From contig OZ037768.1 of assembly GCA_964035545.1 (NCBI GenBank), positions 4,992,741 to 5,056,740 of the forward strand: 64,000 nt of DNA, in the 5' to 3' direction. The notes under the pieces were generated by a model. The model was not told the origin of the DNA and ran no database searches. It was given only the letters and a program-made list of their open reading frames with translations. This stretch comes from Bugula neritina (lineage: Eukaryota > Animalia > Bryozoa). The position numbers and the translations under genes are program-made. Positions 13,207 to 25,700 of this stretch are shown here, one piece after another (within the stretch, counting starts at the first letter, position 1; each line of letters opens with the position of its first letter).

Positions 13207-13249
13207 AGATATTTTTGATTTTTAGATTCAGTTACAGTTTGAGTACATA

Positions 13250-15250
13250 ATCATAATTAAATTTAATATTTTGTTATCATTATGATTATCATTATGATTA
13301 TGATTATCATTATCATTATGATAAATTAATGATTATGATAATCTAAAACTAAAAGTAAATCATAATGATAATGATAATAATTCTAATTCTTAGGCTTATT
13401 TTTGATCTTATACTTAATACTTATACTTATAGTTATAGTTATTCTAGCACTAGCAGTGAGTAGCCAATACTTGTAGTTGTACTCAACTTGAACTTGTAGT
13501 TGTACAGGTACTAAAGTCTAGAATTAAAAGTAAATTACTTCAACTTGAACTTAATACTTGAACTTGAAGTTAAACTTCAAGTTTCAAGTGAAATTTAATA
13601 ACGCAACTTCGACTTGAACTTTACTCAGAATGAGACTCTGAGATTCGTAGTCATACTCATAGTCATAGTGATAGTAATACATGATTTAAGTCAGAATCAT
13701 AATCATAAACTTAAAGTGGTAAAGTAAACTTTAAGTGATAATGACTAATGGTAATGCTCATAGTCATACTCATGCTGATGCACTTACAGTAATACTACTA
13801 GCGATACTGTAACTACAAACTAACTAATTACTAATGCCCATTGTCATACTCATACTGTTAAACTAGTAATTATAGTTATACTTATAGTAATAGTATTATA
13901 TAGTATTGCTAAGAGTAAGTCTAATAGAAGTAATCGCTTTTAGTTTGTGTTGAACTTAATCATAATGATAATAAATTGAAAAAATGACGTAGACAAGTTG
14001 TAGTATTTTGAGAAAAAGGAAAAAAGGGAAGGGAAAAGAAAAAGAAAAAAATCCAACTTGTATATAAAAAATATATTAAATTGAAGAGTTCCTGTGCAAT
14101 ATGCCTCTGTTAGAAGGTGCTCAGCAGGAATAATTGATCTGATCTGATAATCATTATTATTGTGGTTTTCATAATCATTATCATTATGTGTCTGATTATT
14201 ATAGTGATAATCGTAATGTTTAACTTTATGTTATGCTTAATTTCGTTTTTTAGTTATACTTATTGTTGATGAGTTATACTTATAATTATTATTATATACT
14301 TAGAGTTTAACGTTGATTTTAAAAGTTGTATTTATAAATATATACTATGAGTGTAATGGTAACATTATGATTAACCAATTTGCCATAAGTACAAGTATTA
14401 CTATAACTATTAGTTTAGTAATAGTCATAGTAATAATGGGCTTACAATTATACTTAGCCCTAATTTCTTGTAGACCCAATAGTTGTTATTTTTAATGTTG
14501 TTGACTTATAGCTAATAGTAATGTTAATGTTATTGTATTTGTTCATCACTTTAGGTTAATCATAATGTTAGATTAATAGTATTAATTATACTGAGGGTTA
14601 TGCCTAATGTTATGTTTGTTATTAGACTCATGCTGTACTCTTATGGTAAGTTTATGGCTATGCTTATCTAGTTAACGAGTTATACTATTACTTATACTCA
14701 CAGATTATGGATAATAGTTATACTTATAGCAATATAGTTGATGTTATAGTTATACTTATACTTATAGTACTAGTTATACTAAGTTTAACTAGTAAGGCTG
14801 ATTGTAATTATTTTCAGTAATACCAATACTCACAGTCAATGTGATATTCATATTTAATTTAGTCTAGAGCCTGAAAGTAATAGTTATAGTGATGCTTACA
14901 TTTATTATAATAATAAATCATAATGGCAATTCTAAATTTTAGTATACTTAAACTTTTACTTTAAATTAAAATTGGACTTATACTTCAACTTTAACTTGAA
15001 GGTAATTTTATACTTTTATAGTTGTGCTTGCAGTTCACTTGCTTATAACTTAGAGTTAGAGCTACAGATGGTCACAGTCAATGTGATAACTTAATCCCAT
15101 GCTAACAATTGTTTATAACTATTGCAATTTTATTAATAACAACAGGGTAACATACTATAACTAGCTCTAAAATAAACTTTAACTTTCAGTTTTAGTTTAT
15201 TGTCTGTAACCAGTATGTAATATTACTTTTCTATTAGTATAAACAAAGTT
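13250..15250. repeat. Degenerate hexamer-periodic low-complexity DNA in the predicted KMT2E first intron
   Basis: Runs such as AGTCAT ACTCAT AGTCAT AGTGAT AGTAAT (13649-13678) and ACTTGA ACTTGA AGTTAA ACTTCA (13556-13579). Confidence 0.75.
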
Positions 15251-16700
15251 TATAAAAATATTATTTTTAATAATGTATAGTTGCCATTGTTGGTATTCAT
15301 TTAATTTATTATTATGCTTATAGTTTGAAGCAGATATTTGTTAATTTCTACTCCGTTAAGGGCTTAGAGTTTCAGTTATTAAAAAAGTCACACTAAGAGT
15401 GATAATTTGAGTCAAATAGTTACAATAACAGTGAGAATTTCAGTTGAAGTGTGCCAGCTAGAGTTTTAGTGTAAACTGCAAGTTATACTAAGTCTAACAG
15501 TTTTATGAATTGTAAACGTGAATGCATTCATTACAGTTGCTAATATAATCATCAGAATGATCTTACAGTTAGTAGAATTTTGGTTATAGTTTTAGTTTGA
15601 GTAAATTATGAGAACTTGAAGAATATAAGTTCTTACCAGTGGGGGGCACATTAATAAAATGAGTAGAAAAAGTTAAAATTAAATTGCTAATGGATGATTT
15701 ATTATTAAATAGAAATCTACTAAAGATTTTTCTAATTTTAGTAATTTATTGGGAAAAAAGCAAATAGTTTTTTTTTCAAAGTTGTCTAAACTGATGGGAG
15801 CCTAACTATATTTTAAATATTTTCTGTTTCTTGATGCATATATAATGCATTTAAGTTGTGTGTTAATTGCATTTAGTCAGGGCATTTTAGCAGAGTGATT
15901 TATAAATAATCTTTACATTGAATAACGGTTCAGTTTTCATCTTGCAAAAATTTGTCATGCATCAGTTCATAAATTTGATATTTAGATCCAAAACAGTAAC
16001 CTCCAATAGGTGTGGTCAAAATATGATAGGTGTACCAAGTCTAGCCTGCTTGCTTATGCTTTCAAATAAACTAATTGGAAGAACATTAAATTACTAATTG
16101 AAGTTGTAGACTGCTTATATCCACCATATAACACAATATCTATGTATAACATGATATCTCTACCACACTGATGTTATGCAAAAACTCAAAGACATCAAAT
16201 TAAATTTTTAACCTCAGATTTTGAGTAAACATAACTTTAATTTCTTTGACCAGGTTTTCATGCGCTATCAAGCAGTTATAGTTTTATGTCTACATGTTTG
16301 GAAATGTACTAAATTAAAATAAATGGACACAAATATCATGTTAATTATTTTATAGTTAGCATTATGCCTTATTTTGCACCTAAAAATGCGAAAATTTTGT
16401 AACCATTCCTCAATTGTTGGGTTGTACACATGTATTGTTTTGCGAACACATTTTTTTTGTAATTGACATTGTAAAAGATTTGCAGGCTGTTTTGTAGTTA
16501 TATTTTGTCTCAGTGAAACGTATGGGCTATTCTCACATTGTTTTATAAATCGGTTTGATTTACTAATTTTACTCGCCCACCCTTACAAAAATTTCGGCCT
16601 CTGCATGATTTCAATACTGGTAGTACATATATTGTAATTGTGTAGCAATTATCAGTGCCACTCCTAATTGTAGACATGATGATTATTTATAAAATGCGAC

Positions 16701-19700
16701 ATGAATATTGAGGGAGACGATACTAACTACGCTGATATAGAGAATATTGAAAGTGTTGAGGGAATTATCAAGACTAGTAACTCAGGGTGAGTGGAAATGT
16801 CATAAACCATATATAGGCTTGTGGCTGTATATTCAACACATACATAGTTGAGACATCTATTTCTGTTGTGGCCTATTTATTGTTTTTCATGAAAAGTTGT
16901 TAACATTTTGAGAATGTTTCAAAATAAATTAATATGATTCTACCTTATCTGTGCCCGACTGCAGTATTTCCAACCAGAGTGTGGGGCACTAGTAGTAGTA
17001 GTTGGTAAACTAATGACACATATCTATGTTTTTTAAATTTACCAGTGCTCACTTGTTTTGACCAATGAGATGGAGAATAATCTCGTTGATAGTAAAGAGC
17101 TTTGTCGCTTTGTTGTAAGTGAATACCTTTTATATTATGTCTTGAAAGGGAATTGCTATGTTCCTCACAGTTAGGTGTGGCAACTATTCCTCTCTGATAA
17201 ACCTTATTTTGGTGTTTGATTCTTTTTCCTGTTTAGAGCACCATCCATCGGTGATTTAAGTCCCAACGGTGACTGGAAATGTTTTCCGCAGACTTCTTAT
17301 CACAGTTGCTATGGGTTACCATACCAGGTAAGATGCTACCCCTACACAACTTAAAATTTGCTTTGGTCCGCTTGAAAACTGCTATTGATTGATTAGCCAA
17401 TGCATTCGCTCAATGGCTTAGACTATTTGTATTGCTTTAGCTATTGTGTAGTTAGTAAATTCTGTATTCAGGTAGTTATCAGTAGGCAGTCATAGGTATG
17501 AAGTTGGTGGTATTTGAGGCATACAGTGCTACTGGTGTACATAGTTACTTAGTTTGATTAGCTCTACTCTTATCCATGCATGTTCTCTCAAAGCATCAAC
17601 ATGCTGTGGAAAACCAAGTTTGGTTTACTGGATGATAAGGTGAGTTTTGTGTGTAACAAACTATTTAATTACTGAATATACGTTCATCATTGCTGTCTTT
17701 ATGCTCACTCTTAAGGAGTATTCCTGTTACCTTGCTAATATAACCTGCCTATAAATAATTCATTGCGAGAGGCGGTTGACAAGCCACCCTAACGTTGATT
17801 AGACAGATTCTAGTTCAACAGTAACTCAACGGAGAAGTAATGCTGCAGCCTAGTAGAAGACACCTGATGGTATGTGCAGCTTTTCTAACCTGACTGTCAT
17901 TACTTGTAGGATCACAACTACGGAGCCCCACCTCCCCCTACTCCACCACCTAGTCCTGGTAAAACCACCGCCCTACACACCAAGAACAAAACTTTTGAAG
18001 ATGCATTGAAATCACTAAAGCCAAATAAACCCGTTCCCGATAGAAAAAGCAAAACCGTAGCACCAAAAAAACTCACTGGAATCAAAAGAAAGAATGTAGT
18101 CAATAAAAGGACACCAGCACAGAAACCAGTTTCTGTCAGCCCTCCTGAAAACGTAGAATCAGAAGATGACGGGGGAGGCGACTACAGCGACAGTGTGACG
18201 AGATGCATCTGCAGCTACACTCATGACGACGGCTACATGATCTGTTGCGATCAGTGCCAGTGAGTTAATGACATGTTACTACCAGTATTTGTCTCCTGTT
18301 GGTACACTCCTATCCAATTATTCTGCTGCTGTTTAGTATCATATTGATTTCAAACTCATTTATCATTGCATTCCACTCTGGAGTTGGTGTAGCCTTTCAC
18401 TTTGTAATGAATACATTGTTTCTTGAGCAGCCAAGAGTTGGTTTGATTCTAGTGCCTACTTTACTAAGATGAATTGTAAAACATTTAGTTAGTTTTGATT
18501 AATCATTATTTCATGAGGCATTAACTAGTCATGTGCTGTTGGAAAGTGTTTCTCTAACCACTTTCACCTGAGCACTTAAACTTGCGAATCTAAATGTTTA
18601 ATGAGATTAAATGATGGGAATGTTACAATTCAATTAGTATTTGGTATTCCTGAGGTTTGTTCAAATTGGTTTAGTGTAGTTGACGGAGATGTACCATTTT
18701 GATAGACTTTACAGTTTAGATGATAACTGATAACTTGCTGTCTTATTTCAACAGGGTGTGGCAACACATTGACTGTATGGGGATTGATCGTACGAAAATA
18801 CCCGACGAGTATAGCTGTGAGCAGTGCATGCCTCGTAAGGTATACCGAGCTCGAGCTAGACTCATTCAGAAGAAGAAGCGGACTGAGATCCTACGAAACA
18901 CCAGTGAGGATGAGAACGCCAAAACCCAGGAACCCCCCACTCGTAGGCTGAAACCAAACTCAAAGAATGTGAAGACCAAGTTCTCTCAAGATCAGGAGAA
19001 CAGGAAGGCCCAGCTGAGCAGCCGTAACAGAGCTAAGGCTGCATTGAGCAACAAGAAGAAGGCTATAAACACACTCACCAACTCTGCTCTTAGGACTAAG
19101 GTCGGTTTGCCTTGATATTCTCTAGGGTTGGCCAATGCTGGTCACCTCATGGCTACAGTGTTAATAGGGTATGGTTCTATGGGTTTTAATAATGCTTTAA
19201 GTGACTGCATTTGTTAGGATTGGCTCTGTGTGAATTACTGTTTATTGTTTATGAATGCTTATTGCATCAATCTTACCAGTTTTCAGTCAGATTCCATATC
19301 CCCAATACATGTGAAACACTAATTTCGTAGGTAAATGTATTTTCATACTACATGTCTTGAAAAACTATCTTGCTCACTTATATAGCAGAGTTTAGTTATC
19401 TTTTGGTAGGCAGCCAGTTTAGATAATATGCTCCTTATCTATATCTTAAGATCTAAATTACAGGCTAATATAAGGTGGTTTGTTTGCCTACTAACCGTCT
19501 GTGATTACCTCCCTTAGAGTTATCCTATCACACTACACTGCTTGTTTTGCAGTGATTCGTAGATGCTAAACTCCTTTATCTAGACTAAACACCATCGTTA
19601 CTGTTTGCTTAGTTTGTATCCACGTGCATTAGTTCTATCTATATTTTATGAGTTCAGATAGTTTTAACATAGATCCTGTTTTTTATTTATTAGAAAAAAT

Positions 19701-22700
19701 CAAAAAAGTCGGAAGACTCAGGATTGCTATCAGTGGATGGCGAGGCGGAGGAGTCTCCCTGGACTGTGCCATATGACCAAGCTGATTCTAACCAGTACAG
19801 TGCGGACATCCAGGAGTCACTGAAAGCATATCGGACAAAGTCAAATCACCAGGTACCCCTCTTCATCTAACGCTACCATCAATCTCAGGCAACAACAGGA
19901 TAGCAGAGCTTTTAGAAGTTGCCTTCCCACATGAAAGTTCACTGACAGCTAGGGTTGTGTCTTGTTGCAGCTCCCTTCCCAAATTGTTCATAAAAATTAA
20001 TTGTTTATGCTCAATCTATATATTTTGCGGAGACTACCTTGTATTTACCATCACTTACCATCACTTACCATCACTTACCATCACTTGCTTTGGAAAGTTG
20101 ATGTTTGTCACTCGTTTCTATTCATAATGCAACAACTATGTTTTGCATTAAGCAACTTTTGCAGTACTCTCTTGATTCAGGTTTAAACCTTTACATTGCC
20201 ATTCACATAGCTGTAGCCCTTATTCACTACACTATCAGACCTGCCTCTCTACCTCTCGTTATTTTCTTCATCACTATATAACTTGTTAAGAGGACTGAAA
20301 AGCTACGTTTATGTAGTATTAAAATCTGCGAAAGTATCAGTAGTACAGCTTTAGGTTGTATATCCAATAAATTGATTTTAAAGTATGTTTTGGCCACATA
20401 TGTCCTCAATTTATTTGTTAGCAGCATGGGTAACCTGATTGTGTTATGGAGAAGATAGTAAAGATAAATGTGATTATATAGCTAACAGCTACAACCTTTC
20501 TGATGTTTTCATCTGCTCCTGGGTTATACACATAAATAATTTAATCACTTGCATCAACCATAGTAATTATAATTAGAGTAATTATAATGTCTGGCACATT
20601 GTAGTAAATTATTAAATAATAATAATAGCAATAATTTCCTATTGTCAAGCAAACCCTATCTTAACTGTTTGGGTATTTTAGCCAATATCATCAGATTGTA
20701 AAATAATCTAAATCTTAACGTGAGTATTCATACTGATACTGATAAGTTGGAATGGAGAAAAAAAACTAAAATTAAAATAATTAACTTTTTGTTCTATATT
20801 TGCATGTTTCCCGTGGCTATTCTAAATGATGAGAATTCAATGCGACACTTGCTGTAGTAATAATTACTGAATTATTGACTGATCAATTTGAGTTTGAGCT
20901 GATGGCCAAGATATTTCTGGATATTTCAATATTACATAAGCAAAACTTTTCAGTCCTGTTTTAAGAGCTATTAGTACTATTTAAGTTCAACCTTCAGTTT
21001 CTCTTTTTAACACCAACCATATACCTATAATTTATAATGCGATAAATAATGTGGTTTTCACTCATTCATTGAGTTTTCTCTACTGTTTGCTCTTGTAGCT
21101 GGCCAGTGTATTGTCTGAATTAGACGAACCAAGGTGTCAACTCCGACTTCTCAACAACGGCAGACGTGGCCTGGAGGTTAACGCCGACACACCACCCAAT
21201 CAGGCTCTTATAGAGTTTAAAGGCAAAGTCATGCTCCACCAGCAATTTCAGCAGAAGAATAACTATTACAAAAGGTAGACAACTCTTTGCAATGAACTTC
21301 TTCAAGCTTATACATTACTAAAGCTTAGGGCTATGCTTACGTCCCAAATATCATAATTGGCGAAATTAGAGTGCTTATTTAATACTGTGTTACTGTGACA
21401 TATAAAACTAAAGATTTTTTAAAATCCTGAGAGATAAGTTGGCTGGATAAGCTGACAATAATTTTGATGTTGTTCCACTACTCCGTGTGCCGGTTTGAGA
21501 AAAATGGTAGGGCGACTCCTAATTATCCTTACTAATGTATATACTAAGCTTATAATTAATTAATGGTGTAAAGATTTGAGCATATTTAGTAGAGGTAATA
21601 AATATTGAGTGAGAGATAAAAATGTAAATATACTAAGAAAAGTCATGCAGGTAAAAATCCTGGTTGCTCAATGGTAATTTTGCAATAATCTTTGATCAAA
21701 TTTGTAAGACTAGTTGTTGAAACACTTATTAACACACTTTAAACCTGAACTTCCCAGATACGAAACACTAGGTGTAATAAATTTAAATCTCCCTGGGGTA
21801 TTATCTTTTGTGTTGCTGTAAAGCAAAAATAGATGATTTCCCTTAAGGTAAATTAGTTATTTTTTCACTTGTAGTCTAAGAGACAATTTACTTTAAGTTG
21901 TATCAAGTCATATCAATTCTCAAGATTGTTACCTCTCTCTATCTCTAATATTGCATTGCTAGTGCTTGTAATGTTTTTTAGGCCACAGCCATTTACACTG
22001 TTCTATGACAAGTGGGATGGTCTAGACATATGTGTTGACGCTACGTCATTGGGAACTGAAGCTAGATTTGTCCAACGCTCTTGCTCTCCTAATGCTGAGG
22101 TAAAACTAGTGAAATGATTTATTTTACTCTGGTTTCTCCGATATGTAGTGTCTTCCCAAAAAAAATTATTCAAATGTTGCAGTTTTCTTTTTTATTTAAT
22201 GGGTTCTTAATTATGCCGTTTTAGTTTGTTTCACATGCACCAAATTGTTTGATGCTTACATTCTATACTTGTTAAAGTGGTTATGTCCCCATAATATTGT
22301 ATCAAATGCTCCCAAGACCTTGAAATAAGCCGCCAGCTATGTTTGTTCCCTTAAAGGTGAGACACATAATAGAAAATGGTCAAGTCCATCTTGTAATTTT
22401 TTCCACAAAAGAAATCTCTGGTGGTTCAGAAGTGACGATACCCTTCGACTACCAATACAAACGATGGTAGGTCAATTCTATGAATGTAAATGCGATTTGT
22501 AGTAATATGTTGGAGTTATTTGCTCTTGGTGATCAGTAGTGAGCAACTCCATGTTAATAATTGCTAATAATTATTCACAATTAGTTTTTCACTTTGAAAC
22601 TTTACGTAATGCTTAATTCTCAAACGTATCCCAGATTAGCAAATTAAGTTTACTCACTTTAAATACTGCGTACATTTTGCATCACCGCTTTTAAAAAAAA

Positions 22701-25700
22701 TCTAGTAAATTCGAATAATCACTTATAAAAGTTGCCGCACGAAAGAAATATTATGATGCCATCTGGCCATATCAATTGATATTAATTGGTTATGAAAAAA
22801 ATGAAATATCTACATTAGTGGCAGCTTTGGTGTGACTAAAGTGACCAGTTCAGCGCACAGGCTGAATACTGCTCTACTGGGTTCTCTGTATGTGTGTTAC
22901 AGTGAGTACTGTGTGGAATGTGCCTGCTCAAAAGTTCAATGCCCGGTGAAAAAATCTTCTAGAAAGTATAAGAAGAATGTAGCATTGGAGAGTGGCAGTA
23001 ACGGCCACGTTCAGACGCCACAGTCATCACAGAAATCTGTCACAACGGAGAATAAACAGCCGTTGGACAGCAAACTGAAAGTACAAATACCTGCACCCAT
23101 TAATGGTGTACATGAGACAAAAGTAAGCCTCTAATATCATTATTAATCACCTATCTTTCTGTTTCTATTGTTTTATTCTTACACAACTACCCATTGTTAT
23201 GTGATTTTGTTGAAGTTATTCCTTCTAACGTCACTGGAGCCACATGTCCACATTTTCTGCATGATTCATAAATATATTTCGGTGGTGCTTTTCCTGTATA
23301 AATTGGAGTCAAGGTAATGCCATTGTGTCTGGAAATAGAAAACAAAGTCAGCAGTCATCACAACATATTTACACTGTGATCATGTCAGCCCTCACACTAC
23401 CAGTCTTGTTGTCTACATAGCCATTACCTAAGATGCTCGTTGAATTTGCCTCTCATAGTCCTGTTGAGCATATATTCAGACATGATTTCTTACAGCTCAG
23501 CATATGTTTTATGTCTTATTGATATTCAGCAGCTTTATGATAACCAGAAACACGTGCCCTTTCTCAATAGGGCCATTGAATAGCTTAGAGTTTCATTACA
23601 TTGTGCCAAGGCTTCCTAATGAATAAAAATATTGTGATTTGTCTGTGTGCTGATTATTAATAAAGATATAATTGTAACACTCTTGCATGTGTTGTTTAAT
23701 AAATGCAGCTAAATTGTGTAACTGTTCTGTTTCAAGTTACGTCAATACCTCCATGTGTTCAACACTACAAACCGTTGCTTGCCCACAGATTCTAAGCTGA
23801 TTTGTTGTATGAATACCTGCCAATTGCATCTTTTTGACAAGTTTATTCAACTGTTTTATAGAACAAAAAGGAATGTGTGGCAAAGAGCGTTTCTAATGCC
23901 CTGACGTCACCTTCGCCTGAAAAAACTGTAGAAGAAAGTAGAAGGCTGGTAAGAAAATAGTCATGATTGCTACGCCCAGCCATTGACCTGGGGAGTGCCT
24001 GTAGGGAATGCAAAAAACTAACTTATTAAATTCTATGAAATATTTTAATCATTTCAATAAACAGTGGGTTATATGGCAATAAATTTTAGGCTTTGTAGAG
24101 TTGTGACACAACATAAGTTATTATCACCTGCCAAGCATTATTTACCTGTCATAAGAATTTGATGAATTACCTTTTGAGAAAGTTGTTCATTCAGTGATGA
24201 ATGAGTTCACCTGCTCAGACATAGAATGTAATGAAGTTAACTTATCAGGTGTACAAGTGGCAACAACATGGGTATGTTAATTGGTGTTTCAGAGTAGGGA
24301 GGACAGGAAAATAAAGGCTTATATGGAGGCTTTCGAAAAGATGGCAAAGCGTGAGGAGAGACGAAAGGAGGCGTTACAGAGAATCAGTGAGAAGAAAGAG
24401 CCGGTAGTCGTGGAGGAGAAGACAACCAACTCTGTCAAGGTCACTTGTCAAACTCGAACAATGAAAGCCAAAGCAAAGCCGGCAGCACCTCGAAATGTCA
24501 CGAAGCCGGCAGCTCGTAGGAAGAGAAAGAGAAGTTCACCAGGTGTGAGGCAGCAAGCTGTAAGGCAGCAGAGTTCAAGCAGCGAGCCTGTAGCTGCTGT
24601 CAGTCGACCCTCCTCCGATGTTGACCAGACTGGCAACAGTGAGCAAGCAACCACCTCGGGAGAAGATGACAGCAACGTGCCCAGCTGCCGAATACCAGTT
24701 CCTTCTGAAGTTGGCAGCACCCACACTGGAACGGTTTCTACTTCTACACTTTCTCTAGGCTTCCGTTTACCCAAAACTAAAAAGGTTTGTATTGTGTCGC
24801 ATTACTTGAAGACTCTTCCAGTTGATATTTGTTGGCAGTCCTCTGTTTGGCTATGCTTTGGATATGGTGGTAAATTTTTGTTGTTTCACTTTGCAATCAT
24901 ATTACGTTACAGCAAATAGTAAGTGACTGGTATCATGAAAAGGAGATGGAAAAGGCAGGGAGCGATAAACAGCTCAACCCCACAGTGCCAACTAATCAAG
25001 ACGATGACAGTATTGACTTTGTAAAGACCAGCTCGTCACCTCCTAGCTCTAGTTGGGAACATCTACGCAGAAACAGTGTATCGGGTAATCAGCCGACGCA
25101 AACTAACACTACGCACAACACTCCAGTTATAGATGTAGCTCGAAAACCTCTCTCACTGAGCATGGGGTCTGCAAAAAAGGTATATCCTATTAAGCTTAGA
25201 TTAAGTCAAGGGACAGGTGTTGAGCAGATTGGTTGCAGAATTTGCTACTATGTGCTGTAATAGTTTCCATATGTTTCGTTTAAATTAGGCTCAATTTCTT
25301 TTCTAATATGAAACTGTATAAAATGCAATATTAATTTCAACATCTTTTTTGCTGTTTGCTTTCCAGCGCTGGCTGAAGCAGGCCATGGAGGAAGACTCCA
25401 ACCAACACAACTCCGCGGCGTTGATGAGTCCAAATAGCGAGCATCAGTCTTCACCTCCAACCACCACCAGCACTGGCAATGCTAGCTCTACAGCTGCCCC
25501 GCCATTAGCAGTGGCAACAGTAGCCAGCACAGTCAGCTTGGATACTCCTCTCAGCCCCAACTCCGAGTTTGTTACTCCTCTGAAAAAACGCCGTCTAGCT
25601 AGGGAGTCGTTGTCACTTGATAGCCGCCCCACTAGTCCAGATACTCTGGCAGTGCCCCCTCTCACTGTCCAGCCTAAAGAAATCTCTGTAAATACTGTAG

